Shown here one piece after another: positions 49,829-63,374 of a stretch of 64,000 nucleotides of DNA. The notes under the pieces are model-generated. The model did no database searches. It saw only the letters and a list, made by a program, of their open reading frames with translations, and was not told the origin of the DNA. The position numbers and the translations under genes are program-made. Origin of the DNA: Gracilinanus agilis (lineage: Eukaryota); assembly GCF_016433145.1 (NCBI RefSeq), contig NC_058133.1, positions 36,080,566 to 36,144,565 of the forward strand, given 5' to 3'. Positions within the stretch are counted from its first letter, which is position 1. Each line of letters starts with the position of its first letter.

Positions 49829-52101
49829 AATTTATACTTTTAAATTAGTTTAAAATTTACATTTACATTTACAAAACTTACACTCCTTCAGCAGCACAGA
49901 AACTATTGAGTTTAGCATCTAGTAAGCAATTAAATTATTTAAAATAGGAAACTACCAACTTTCTTCCCCCAAATGATGGCAATCTGGGTGAGGACTTCCC
50001 AACCCAACTCCATTTTATCCCCAAAGCAGCTTTTAAGTTCCCATATGGAAAGTACAATGGTCCAGGGTCTCCACTGAGATCTATGTTCTAAAGTTTCCCT
50101 TCTTCCTCAACCTCATTTGTTACTTTATTATTTTCATGTCATAAACCACAAAGCTATCTTAAGGATATATTTCATGATACTTAGCCTGGAACCCAAAATT
50201 CTAATTATAATTCTACTCAGGGATTCTAGTCTTGGATGGGAAAAAACATCTTTTCTCTCTGGGGGCAATGGCAATAAAAAATAAACTCAAGACTAGGACC
50301 ATCTTCAATTTCTCTTCTTTCTCTTAACTTGCTTCAAAATCAATGCATCTTAAAGAGACTAGTATTCAGGAAACTGAGTTTTATATTCTTAATTTCAAAA
50401 GCTGGTGACTATGAAGCTTAATTACTTCTCTCTATAAAAGCCAAACTCAGTAAGGTTGCTATTTTTTAAGAGCCAATGGCTCCCAAAAGAAAGGTCTCTT
50501 ACCTCTGTACTTAATCCTAAATGAGAAAGGAACATAGGACTTAGAAGACCTATTAAAGATTTCAATATGTTTTCTACCACTTGCATTTTGTTTTCTCTAA
50601 TCAAAGAAAATCAAATAGAATGGTTTCACAGAGGAATGGTTGTCCCAGCCAACACACTGCTTATAAGACAACCTGGCTATATTTAAGAAAACATCCTATC
50701 AAATACTGACTTTTAAAAAGCCGGATTCTGATATTACTGTTGTGCTGAGGTGTCCGATTTGGCAGGAAAAATGCCATTTCTCCTTTAATGTCATTAAATT
50801 AGTGAAGTATAGTTAAGATAGTTCCTCTGGAGTGTTTACAACAAGGCATCAGGGAGAGAGCAAGTGAGCAAAGACACTAATATTTTTTGTTAGTAACCAA
50901 AATACTCACAAATTTCATGAAATGTGAGGAATTTTGAAAAATTCATAAGATCTGTTTCACAAATTACCAAGTCAACTGGAAGCTTGAATGGTAAAAATGA
51001 CAATAGATTTGTTCTTATGGCTGATAAAAAATTTATAGCAAGGCCTTCAAGTAAAGTTACTTTCTGTGTTCTGATTTAATGAATCAGATGAGCAGTAGGT
51101 GGGCAGGGTGACCCAGACAGACCCAGCTCACTGAAGCCTGTGCTAATAATACCCCTGGTACAACCTTTCTTGGGACAGTGAAGCCAGAACAATGTGTCAG
51201 ACTGAAGCAATATCAAAGGAAATGTAAGCAGAGCTGGGCAGGCTCATGTTGGCCCACGACACTTCTTGACTTGGGAATGCCTGCTAAGTACCTTTATGTC
51301 CTACAGGCTTCAGTGACCCAACAAGCCCCAAAGCAGCCTCAGCAGCAGCAGGGTGGTAAGAAATGGTCCCTGAAATAAGATTTTTGCAATTTTGTAGTTC
51401 AAGCTGAAGAATACACTAAGATTACTTGATGGTTTTAACCCTTTTGAAAGGCTCGGTCTGAGAACTCACCAGTGATTTCTTAAAAGGCGAATGAGTGTTA
51501 AATGATTTATGTGGACTTGTGTAGCAGGATTGTTTTTATTTCTTTTAAGTGCATTGAACTTTAAAATTTCATATTAACTGGGGAAAACAAGGTCTACAGG
51601 GATTTTTTTGGATGCCATTAATGATAAAATATGTGGAAGAAAGGAAATCTTATTAGCTAGGAGAGTGTGTCAGAAATACCTAAACAAGAAGACTTTTGGG
51701 ATGACCACCAAAATGTTTTCATTCAATACCAAATATACATTGATGGGTCTGCCTTCCAACTTTCCAATTTCCAAAATTTTCCTATTTCAAAAGGGAATAA
51801 CTGAAATAGCCCTTGCTACAAAATCTGCAGAATGGAAGTCTTAAAAAATGCAAAAATACGAGTGATATACATACAAAAACTTCAGCTCACTTAAAAAAAG
51901 CATTATTTTTCCCAGTATACAGGAGGGTAAAGCAAGATAAAGAGAACTTTTACAATTTAGTTTGAAAAGATAACTTATGGTATTTTCTTTTCCAAACAAA
52001 ATTCTTCAAAATCTACATGGCTTTTGGACATCTCACACACACACACACATCACACACACACACAAACATTTCTTAGAATTTAACAACTGAATGTATACTT
52101 A

Positions 52102-52212
<111 letters not shown>

Positions 52213-53546
52213 TCAGAAATGGAAGGCGTCACAGAAGCCATCTAATCCAACCCACCTTTAAAGCCCTCCTCCCAGCATTGTCCCCTCGGTCTCAGGCAGA
52301 CCATTCTACCATCACAGGTAGAGTCATCACAGGCAACAGAGATTCATTAGCAGAGTAGACTCGTTTTACTTCAGATGCCTTGAGCCCAGGATTGGGTGAA
52401 GCAGAAGTTCTCCCTCATTCTGGACATTTGGCACCTATTAATGCAAGGTGAGTTCTGAAGCTTTTCCAGTAGCCCTGTGTTCCATACTGGGCCTTAAAGG
52501 GAAGGGAATGAGTAAACAGAGGATTTATCAAGGTATTCTGGATAGTGAAAAAAATCAGCTCTCCATCATTTCCAGATGAAATACTATTTATAGCAATATG
52601 AAAACAAAAGCCAGGTAGTATAAAGAAGGCTGCTTGGTATTTGTTAAAGGAAAGGGTTTATGGGCCTAGCATGGTAGATAGTAGTAGACAGATGGTATGT
52701 ATATAGTTTTCATTTGATAAATGCCATTCCATTTCAAATAAAATAATGATCCTGCTTTGCCTTTACAGAAACAATACTAATGTTGAATAGAGATGGGAAC
52801 CAAGAAATGGTATGGAAATTACATGAGTATTTATTGAAATAACTTTAGTCCTATCTTTAAACTTATTTACAACCTCTGACCCATCTTTTCTTTCTTTTTT
52901 TTTTTTTTAGAAAATAGGACAAAGAATGAACTGGCTGGATTTTGCCTCCTTTTCTGGCCTTGCCCAGCTCTCAGTGGAAGGGCAAAGGAACTCTGGAGTA
53001 AACAATATGGGCAGTAGCAGTTCAAGAGGCAGCAAAGAATGGACTAAAAAAAGGACTGCAAAGACTGTAGGACTAAATCTTCATTCAACAAAATTTCATT
53101 AAAACCATCTAAAGCCAAGTTTCATCCTTAGCATTCTATGTTTGGAAAATGCTTCTCACCCACTTGAATTCTTGAGAAGTTCTTTGAATTCTAAGTAATT
53201 GTTGCTCTGAAAAAAAAATAGCTCCAACAGCTCCCTTAAGGTAGATTATTGCTCTGGGAATACTGCCAGGGAGTTGGTCCAGTTAAAAGAAGTTAACATC
53301 TTGTTTGGGGTCACCCTGGAAATGATTATTTAGCATTCTGTTCATTTACTGCAAGCCCCAAGGTTCCAATTCTTTAATAGGCCACTTTCCTATAAGCAGT
53401 TTTGACTGTAAAATTAGGCACACACACCCATAAACACAATATACCCAGCGGGGTCTTGAAGAACTGGCTACTCTAGCATTTAAATATATGAATAAGACCA
53501 ACTTTCATAGAATCAAAGAGTTAAGGAACCAGAGAGACAATCTAGA

Positions 53547-53740
53547 CCAGGATTCTTGACCTTTTCTGAGTTACTGTCCTTTTTGGGGGCAATCTGATTA
53601 AATCTACGGACCCCTTCTCTAAATGATATTTTTAAATGAATAAAATAAAATGGGATCACAAAGGAAATCAATGATATCAAGATAAAGATGTAAATTTTTC
53701 TCTTATCCAAGTTCCCAGACCCCAATTCCAGAACCTCCAC
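53547..53740. mobile_element. Old hAT-Charlie-like MITE (approximate)
   Basis: ccaggattcttgacctttt...acggaccccttctc...aataaaataaaat...caaaggaaa resembles MER3/Charlie-type MITEs. Confidence 0.5.
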
Positions 53741-53932
53741 TCAAGTCCAAACTGAAACTAAGAATCATCCCAACAGGTGAAGAGATTCAGTGATGGGAAT
53801 ACCACTACCTGAGGCAGCATGTTCTGTTTTAGGATAATTCATTTTTTCAATCTATTTTCCCTAATAGTCAACTTCAACATACTTTTCTGTAGCTATTCCT
53901 GATTGCTCCAAAGACAAGCAGAATTAAGCCTC

Positions 53933-54158
53933 TTTTTTTTTTTTTTATGGATTCAGAACTATCTAATTATTTATTTATTTTTAAACCCTTAACTTCTGTG
54001 CATTGACTTATAGGTGGAAGAGTGGTAAGGGTAGGCAATGGGGGTCAAGTGACTTGCCCAGGGTCACACAGCTGGGAAGTGTCTGAGGCTGGATTTGAAC
54101 CTAGGACCTCCCATCTCCAGGCCTGGCTCTCAATCCACTGAGCTACCTAGCTGCCCCC
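53933..54158 (-). mobile_element. Young SINE1_Mdo-type SINE with an extra 19-nt segment before the poly(A)
   Basis: TSD taagcctctttttt (from 53925 and 54159); extra atggattcagaactatcta at 53947-53965. Confidence 0.92.
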
Positions 54159-55768
54159 TAAGCCTCTTTTTTAGACAGTCACCCTTTTAATACCTGAAGA
54201 CTTTACTTAAGGCTAATTGAGCAAGGCTCTCTCAGAGGTCATCACATGGTCTCCAGTTCCTTCATCGTCTTGATTCTATCTTCTGGATATATTCCTGCTT
54301 AGTTTCTTTCTCAAAATAGTTTCTTAATGTGTGGGCAAGTAATAGAAAAGGAATTTATATGTATCTGTTATAGATGCTGCATTGACATCGTTTTAAAACA
54401 AATAAAAAGTACCAAGGGTTGTGTAAACAGGCAGAATTACAAAGACAGGTAAATATAACTCCCCTTTCTTGTTTTTAAATGCCTTGAAAGCTTTTAAAAA
54501 TAATTTAAAAGATTATATAAATGCTTAAGATGCCGCATTTTCAGGGGTAGTGTGGGGGCAAATTGTTTAATCTTTCCTTTTTCATATCCACCACTAGCTT
54601 GATGTTTATTAAATGATTAGATTAGTTGCATTCTATCATTCAATAAATGAAATTGCAGTGTTTGAAACAAATAGCTGAAAAGTACAAGTACTGTTATTTC
54701 CCAAGTACAATTCTAGCTACTAAATGTGTCTTTAAAAAAAAAACCCTAAATGTTTTCTGTCCTGAAATGAAACGGAATTTTTTAAATGCCTTGATCAATC
54801 CTGATGACAGCAACAAACATTACTAAGAATCTTCTGATGGAAACACTATGACAGGTAAATCACATGTAAAATTCCAGTTAATCTACTGTGCTGACATCTA
54901 ATGGAAAAGACAGCTCTGACCCACAGGGGAAAAGGTTCTTCAAAGAACACAGAGAGCAGCTTCAGGCTTATGCTTTACAAGGTCTCTTTATTGATCCAAG
55001 CTCCAGTAGCAATCACCCATGTACTCAAATAGAGAAATATAGTTATTGGTGTCAATTAACTCTACCCCAGTATGAGTATTGATTGGCAAGATCTCAATAC
55101 CAGCCAGTGTCATTGTCATCAATCTGTTACTTTCAAGAGTCAGCCTAGAAATGGACACAAACATCTGTGGTGGCATTCTCTTCCGGGAGGAGGCTAAGTC
55201 TGGAGGATCCCCAAAGTCAGTCAGCAAGCTAGGTACAGCACAACTTTCTGAGACAGTCATTTTAAACAATTCTGACCAAATCCATAAGTAAAAGATACTT
55301 TGTAGTAAACAATCAAGGCAATCACTTTTGGAGACAAACTGGTCTCATAAAGGTCTCAGAAGAAAACTTCCCAAAAAACATTTAAAGGTTAGCTCCTAGT
55401 AAGGACACTGCTGACTCATTTTTTTTCTACCTTGCTTTTTATCCAAATTAAATCATTTGCAACTCAAATGGAAGGGACTGATTGATTAGAAAAGGCTTCA
55501 AGAATAAGATGTTTTATTACACACTGTAAGCATATTAGAGGAGGAAGAGGAGCAGGGACAAGAAGAGAAGGAATGATGTTTCAAAATTTGTATCAAGACC
55601 TGATCAGATACACTGATGTCTCAGTTACTGTATTCGAATACTAGATGGAGCTGAATCTTACAGGTGTGACTCCTCCAGATTATTGGGAATTTGGAAACAT
55701 CATGTCTGGAATTGAGGCCACTACCTGGGAGACACACTATGTACCACTTAGTTAGAATGTCCCTCATA

Positions 55769-56074
55769 GACTTATGGTAAAGAACGCTACCCACATTCAG
55801 AGAAGAACTGCAGGAGAGGAAACACAGAAGAAAATCAACTGCTTGAATACATGGGTTGATGAGGACATGATTGCGGATCGAAACTACCACACCAATGCAA
55901 CTATCAACAATTTGGAAATAGGTCTTGATTAACGACACATGTTAAAACCAGTGGAAATGCATATTGGCCAGGGGAGGGGGGGAGATCAGGGTGTGAAGGG
56001 GAAAGTAAGAGCATAAATCATGTAACCATGTTAACTTTTCTAAAATATAAATATTAATAAATGTTTAAAAAAAA
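55769..56074 (+). mobile_element. L1 3' UTR insertion with perfect 15-bp TSD
   Basis: TSD agaatgtccctcata (55754-55768, 56075-56089); aataaa followed by poly(A). Confidence 0.93.
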
Positions 56075-56394
56075 AGAATGTCCCTCATACCTGGAGATAA
56101 CTACTCTATAATCATTTTTGCTTTTTCTCAACTGAAGTTATTTATTAAAACATAAATATATATATATATGTTAATAGATACATTAACATAGAAAGGCCCT
56201 GAAAACAAGAGGCCAATTTAAAGGAAGAATTTAAAGGAAACAATTTCCTAGCTCATTTTGAGATGTCTCCTCTCCTATTTCCTGCTGTCATTCAAGGCCT
56301 TTTGCTATAGCTTGGAAATGCAATCCCATTTTGGTCTTACTCTTTATTTTATTCCCTATGCAATCATGTGTGCAAATGAGCATTTACTTAATTC

Positions 56395-56600
56395 TAAACT
56401 AAGTGGCTTAGTGGATAGAGCCATAGTCTTGGAATCAGGAAGACTCGCTTTCAAATTCTGCCTGAGACTTGTAATTACTAGCTATGTGACCCTGGGCAAG
56501 TCATTTAACTACTCTCAGCATCAGTTTTCTCATTTATAAAATGGAGGCAGACATCACCTTCCTCACAGGGTTATCATGAGGATCAAATAAGATTATATGC
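56395..56600 (+). mobile_element. MIR SINE
   Basis: gtggcttagtggatagagc...gtgaccctgggcaagtcatttaac...gttatcatgaggatcaaataaga. Confidence 0.8.
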
Positions 56601-56710
56601 ACATACACACATATAAAATAATAAAATACTATAACAACTCACATTTATGTAAATGTGAGTTATAATTATGGTGCTTCTTCATTATTGTATATGTTAAACT
56701 TATTTCTCTA

Positions 56711-56919
56711 NNNNNNNNNNNNNNNNNNNNNNNNNNNNNNNNNNNNNNNNNNNNNNNNNNNNNNNNNNNNNNNNNNNNNNNNNNNNNNNNNNNNNNNNNN
56801 NNNNNNNNNNNNNNNNNNNNNNNNNNNNNNNNNNNNNNNNNNNNNNNNNNNNNNNNNNNNNNNNNNNNNNNNNNNNNNNNNNNNNNNNNNNNNNNNNNNN
56901 NNNNNNNNNNNNNNNNNNN
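56711..56919. other. Assembly gap (209 N)
   Basis: Run of N. Confidence 1.
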
Positions 56920-58410
56920 GATCAATGAGGGGGAACCTACTCCATTATCCCAGAATTATAGGGCTGGAAGGGATCAATTACTGCAATGCCCTCTCCTTAC
57001 ATATCAAGGTCTTAGTGGAAAGGGAGCTTCATCTTCATGAGAAGGTGAAGGCAGCAGTCTAGAAGGAAAACTGAAACATTAGGCTGGGAATATGGAGACA
57101 AGGGCTTTAGTGTGACACCTTTAGAAGGAAAAGGTGATCTTTCATTTAGAAAAGAAACACTTGGCCAAGAGGTGATGGACTCCTAGTATGTAATGAACCA
57201 TACAGTACTTTGTAATAAGGAAGGGCTTCTCTGGGGTGGAGGTTGTGGGGAGTAAGAGTTAGCAGGAAGTGACCAAGATGCAAACACAGAAAAGAAAGAA
57301 AAGAGCATCACTGAAACTTAAGAAACACACAGACATTCAGAAGCAAACAAACAAGAAATCTTGTTACCACCTTTTAAGTACGTAAACAATCCATTATAAA
57401 AGAATTTTATGGTTTCATATACTGGAATATTTGTGTTTGTTGAGGATTGGGACTATCTCCTTCTTTTCTTTGGCTCCCCAGAACCTAGCACAGTGCCTTA
57501 TACCCACATACATAACACCTATTGATGGTGTTGGATTTAGAGTCAGGAATCCTGCCTCAGAAATTCACAGGCCATGTGACCCTGGGCCAGTCACCTCATC
57601 CTGCAAGACTAAGTTTCCTCATATTGAAAGGGAGATCATCATGACAGCCACCTCAGAGAGAACAGACATAGGGGACATTAGGAAGACTGAAACAAAAAGA
57701 CTTAGCAATTGATTGGATAAATGTGTGGAGAGGGAAAAGAAAGGAAACAAGGATGTCACTTTAAGTTTCAAAAGTTGGCATTACTGACAAAAATGAGAAA
57801 GTTAGGAAGAAGGAGAGATTTGGGAGAGCAGGAAAGGAAGATGAGGGACTCTTGGGTCTGTTTGTTTCTTTCTTAGTAACAACTCTAAGACAAAAGGGCA
57901 AAGGCTAGACAAACGGGGTTAACTGACTTGCCCGGAGTCACATAGCTAGGAGGTATATAAGACAAACTTGAACCCAGGTCTTCCCAGTTCCAGGCCTGTC
58001 TCTTTATCCACTGTGCCACCTCAGTGCCCCAGTTTCTAAATCTCTAAAATGGTGTTAATGTCCATCTCACAGTTATCTGAAGTCTTAGCCCTTCTAAGAG
58101 TAAAGTAACTCTATAAATATGAGATGTGTTCAAATGATTCCATTCTCACAAGAATTTCTTTGTAGTCCTTTCATCCCTAAGCCTCATTTCTCAGTGTGGT
58201 GTTGAAACATGAACTTCCAAGCAATCTTCAAGTATTTTCTTTACAAACCAGAATATCTTACAAGCCATCAATTATAAAAATGTCGTATAAAGACCATCTG
58301 ACTTCATAACTATGGTAAGCAATGTATTATTATTATTTTGTATATTTAATTTCTGCATTCAGTAAGGTCAATTTAAGGAAAAAGAAAACTTTATCATATT
58401 TTACACTAAC

Positions 58411-58491
58411 CTGAAAGTCTGAATGAGGTTTTTAAGTTCTGTGTAGATCTCACTTAATGTAACCTGAAGAGGACCCAAGATTCCAGGAAAT
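58411..58491 (-). CDS. RPAP2: RPAP2 coding exon (81 bp)
   Basis: tcttttcag|ATTT...TTCAG|gttagt; encodes (V)[26 protein letters not shown](R); phase 2 at both ends. Confidence 0.95.
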
Positions 58492-59536
58492 CTGAAAAGA
58501 ATAACATATATGCTTTAATTATTTTCTTTTAAAAACATTTTCTCAATTGTAGATTTATTTCTTTAATTTCTGGACATAATGAGTCTATGCCTGTTTTCTC
58601 GGTAGGTAATTCTAGAATGTTTCCATGAGTTAGCCCAGACACACAGCAATGTTTGGTTCTGTGAGCAGGGAGGTATGCTTCTATGATGTTGCTGCTTTCC
58701 AGGAGGAATTACGAAGTGATCCTGGAAGGACAGGGGCAGCCTGGAGGCCATTTGTCCAGGGTTTGGCACATTCTGATCTCGTTTCTGACACTGGCACCTT
58801 CTGACACTCATTTCTTTACTTCCAGATTTGAAGGAGATACATGTGAGATAAAAAGAAAACCAAAGTCAAGGTAGGATCTGGGTCTTGAGCCTGTCAAGCC
58901 CCTAGAAGCCTGGTCTTTTTCCTGACATCAAAATCGAAGCCACCACCTCCACCCTGACTGCCAGGGTACCTTCTATTTTCTCTTCTTTCTGTCTCCAATT
59001 CTCATTTAAGCTCATATAATTTGTTAATAACCTCCTAGTATGGCTCATTCTTCCACATTTCTCTTGCAAAAACCTTTAAGAGGATCAGAATTCCTTCAAT
59101 GAAATAAATGCTACATGGTTCTAGTTTTAGAAACAAGGATTTTCATTAACCAAGATACAACTTAACTACAATACAAGGTGTACTCCTGGGACACATGTGC
59201 CCTGGACAGTTGTGGAAGGAAACCATACCACATGGTTCCCATTTAATTAGACAGAGCTAGTTTACATGTTAAGTACAGAGATTTAAATTACTGACTTGCA
59301 GAAATTTCATTTATTCTAGGGGCTATTAATTTTTCTACAACAATTATTAACATAAAGCCTAACAAATGTTTTCCCTGTGGAAATAAACGGGTGATTTGGA
59401 CTACATATATGCAGGAAAGTCTAACCAATTCATAGAATCTCCTCACCAAGTTTCCTTGTAACAGTGAAACAACAGTTCTGGTCCTCCTCCAATTTCTCCA
59501 ATCCCACTCTCCCCCTCAAAAAGCTCTATTTATTAA

Positions 59537-59716
59537 TTTTTTTAAACCCTTACCTTCTATTGGTTCCAAGGCAGAAGAGTGGTAAGGGCTCAGCAATGGA
59601 AGTTAAGTGACTTGCCCAGGGTCACACAGCTATGAAGTATCTGAGGCCAGATTTAAACCTAGGACCTCCTGTCTCTAGGCCTGGCTCTCAATCCACTGAG
59701 CCACCCAGCTGCCCCC
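59537..59716 (-). mobile_element. SINE1_Mdo-type SINE (first of about three adjacent antisense SINEs up to ~60110)
   Basis: aaacccttaccttc...gagccacccagctgccccc. Confidence 0.88.
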
Positions 59717-61041
59717 TTATTCATTGATTTTTTTTTAAATTCTTACTTTGTCTTTTTAACAACTCAACATAGAAGGGAAAGGACAAGGCAAACTGGGTTA
59801 AGTGACTTGCCCTGGTCTCACAGCTAGATCATGTTTAAGGCCAAATTTGAATGCATGTCCTCCCTACTCTAGATTTGGCACTCTATCCACTCTGCCATCT
59901 AATCAGTCATTAATGTTGTTAGTATTTTTTAAAACCCTTACTTTCTATCATGGTAACAACTTTAAGACAGAAGGGCAATGGACAGGCAAATGGAGTTAAG
60001 TGACTTGCCCAAAGTCATGCAATTAGGAAAGGTAAGGTTACATTTGAACCCGTATCCTTCTGACTATGGGCCTGGTGCTCTATCCAATATGCCATCTAGA
60101 TGCTTCAACCATTGATTTTAAACATCAAAATGAGAGACCTTCTTTCCAATAAATTGTGTGTACAATGCTGAGCCAAAAAAAGAGAATATTTGGCAAATAA
60201 GACAATTTGAATTTTCATTTGGAAACGATTTTAAAAAACCAAATAATTGCTTTCCCAAATAACATGTCTGAAACTTCCTTTGCTTTGTACAAAGGTTGCT
60301 TAAAAAAATCTAACAATGCTCAGAAGTATGTCTGAATTCTACATAGCCCAAACACTATCTACACAAATATCACACCCAAAACAAGTCCCAAAAAGAAATC
60401 TCAGGCCAACAGATAGTTTTTTGGGACAACTCTTAAAGAGTATAAAAATGAGGACTGGATGACAGCTATCATCACCGTTCCAGAAAGGTGACAAGCTTCT
60501 TTTGAAAGAAAAGTCAAGACAGCCCCAGCATTCAAAGCTACTTCCATGTTAAATGTAACCTGTGTGTATATCAAGTGATTAAAAACAGTTAAGATTTTAT
60601 TTTTATAGTAATTTTTAAAAAAGCCACATTGGAGAAACTGTGATGTATAACATGTCTACTACAGGTTGGCATTTAAATGGGGATAACTTTTTGTAGAGCG
60701 GCCAAAGACCCTAAAATCTAAGCTACTTTATTTTACTCCTTAACAGAATGACAGTCACCAGGAAACATTCTTTACTTACCTAACCTTAACTTCCCAATTA
60801 ATTTTTGATTCCCTCAGAGTATCTTTCCCTCCTCCCCAATATTATAAAATTATAAAAATTATAAAATTATAAAAAATGTAAAAAACCCAAAGTAATGAAA
60901 TGCTTAACAATGGAAGGAATCCATTTGTGAGTATATGTAGCATTTTCTAGAATGACTTTTCAAAATAGCAGAACATAAGAGTGTTGCTAACTGCCAAGGC
61001 TCCAAATTGTTATATAAATTTCAAAAATTATTATATACTTA

Positions 61042-61164
<123 letters not shown>

Positions 61165-62437
61165 TTATTTTGCATTTTTAAAAATGAAGAATAAGCAAAA
61201 AATTTTTAAACAATATTTTAAAAACTCCATAATGGATAGTTTTACAATTAAAGATAATACTTTTAAAAACCAATTTTAAAAAAATGATAAATATAAAAGT
61301 TCAAAATATTAAATACAACTTTACTCATCTTCATAGGGCTCACAACTCTCTTAGTCAAAGACAAACACATATTAACATGAACTGGGCATCAGTGTCTCTA
61401 CTACTTCTGCATAAAAAGTGGTATAGCAGGCTTGGTATAGGAGAACATTTTATGCATTCTTGAGCATGGTGCCAGGTTATCATTTATACAAATAAAATTT
61501 ATTCCTAAATTTTGGATAAAACTGCCATGCCAATCAGCACACATATATTCCTAAACCTGACTTTAAAAATCCCAGTAATGAAAAATATTTTTATGGTAAA
61601 ACCCAAGATAAAATGATCTGGCCCTTCTTCATGTTGACTATTCATTTCCCAATCTATCTTTTGATAGCCACGACTCTAAAAAAAGTTTCATTAAAAGTTT
61701 GAGCTTGTAGAGTTCAACTCTCCAACTAATAACAGATGAGGGCACTAGGACCCTACAAGGTTAGGCCAGTTGCCTAAGGCCATAGTAACTTAGTGGCTGA
61801 TGATTCTGTAACTCGGTCCATGATTCTCCTATAATTTATGTTGCCCAGAATTGAATTTTCTTCAAAATCCTTCCATCATTTTAAAGCTCGAACTGCCATT
61901 CTTGCTATATTCTGAGTCTTATAGATGAACAAAGTTAAGCTCACATTTAACCTTCAACTAAAGATTCTGACCATTGCATATCTCCCAAATGAACAGCACC
62001 AAAGCCAAAATGACTGATTCAGCACATGAAAAAAAGAACAGAATGAAGAACTCTCTTCTGAGATTTCACTTCATGGAAAACTTTGCTCTTAAGGAAAGCT
62101 TTGCCCTAACTTTCTAGGCTGTCTCTGCAAAGCAGAACAACAGCCTCTATTTATGAAAACTGGTTACAGAATTATGGTAGGCTATTCATTGCCACAAGGC
62201 AGAAAGGTTCCTGGAGCTGTTGGGGGCAGCCCCCACGATGACCTGGGGACAGAATCAGGCAGAGTTTGGCGAGATTGAAAAGGGCTACAATGACTATAAT
62301 TTGAGAGCTCAGGGGTGTTACTATATTGCATATTTCATCTTTAAATTGAAGGAACAAAAAGATTTGTGATAAAAAAGGAGTTCTGTGTTCTCTTAAATTC
62401 ATCTCTCCTTCTCTCATACCATGAAATTAAGCCATAC

Positions 62438-63374
62438 CTTGTCTGTGGTTTCCGTTTCAGGTGGCTGCTCATCCAGAACATATTTTCCTCTATAAAACTC
62501 CTTAATCCTTAAATTCAGTGCTTCAGTTTCTTTTTTTAGGCTCTCATAACTGGGCAGAGGGTGCATGGCAGTACCTGAGCTGCTGAAAGGCAAAGCTTGG
62601 TCCAGGGTGTTCTGAGACAGCTGTGTCACTGTGGACGTGTGACTCTCCAGCCCTGGTATTAGGGCTTCCTGGCCCCTGCTTTCATCCTCAGGCTGAGGAG
62701 TAGATGGAGAGACTGTGAGAGTGGTAGGGACATAGTTCTGGCCATGTAAAAACTTTAATGTTTCTTCTGTCCTCCACTCCACCAAAGTCTCCTTGAGGGC
62801 TACAAACAAGCTTGCTTTGGCTGTAACAGAACCCATCTGCAAAGGACTGGTACCTGATTGGCCTAGATTCAACTTTGCAAATTTCCTCCGAAAATGTTCT
62901 GCTCCTTTTTTGCTTATGCCTACAAGAGTTATTTGTGATCTGTCACAACCATCTTCAGAATTTGCCAAAGCTTTTGATTTTTCTGAGGAAAAATCTGGGG
63001 AAACATAGCTATTTTCCTCATGTAAACAAAGGGCACAAGAGCTGGCTTTCTCCTGGCCATCTAACGTACACCTGCTCAATTGCTCGGCCACATCTGTTGC
63101 TTTTTGGTCTTTGTCTTGGTGTCTGGAGTTGGCTTTCTGGCCAGGCCTCTTTTTCAGAATGCTTTTTGGGTATGGCTGCTGAATTCCAGGGGCTACATTT
63201 GATTTGTTTCCTGGTAGAAGAGAGGAAACAAATCCTTGCTCATCATCACTGCTACTGTGACTGTGTGTACTGGAGGAACCAGACTCATCCTGGCTTTTTG
63301 ACCAGCTGGGATTCTCAATGTCTGATGATTTAACAGCCTCATCACGTAACTTGACTTCTTCACCAGAATGACCA
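62438..63374 (-). CDS. RPAP2: RPAP2 large internal coding exon (937 bp; human exon 8 equivalent)
   Basis: Translation (S)GHSGEEVKL...SSSTHSHSSSDDEQGFVSSLLPGN...ITLVGISKKGAEHFRRKFAK...LKETLVEWRTEETLKFLHGQNY...PLPSYESLKKETEALNLRIKEFYRGKYVL matches recalled mammalian RPAP2. Acceptor ctgtcccacag|T at 63375/63374; donor AAG|gtatgg at 62438/62437. Phases fit the next exon. Confidence 0.95.

Noticed and set aside
56629-57062. ORFs spanning the second gap
   Set aside because: N-run artefact.
60845-60880. Short (ATTATAAA)n tandem
   Set aside because: Ordinary AT-rich slippage repeat; not CRISPR-like.
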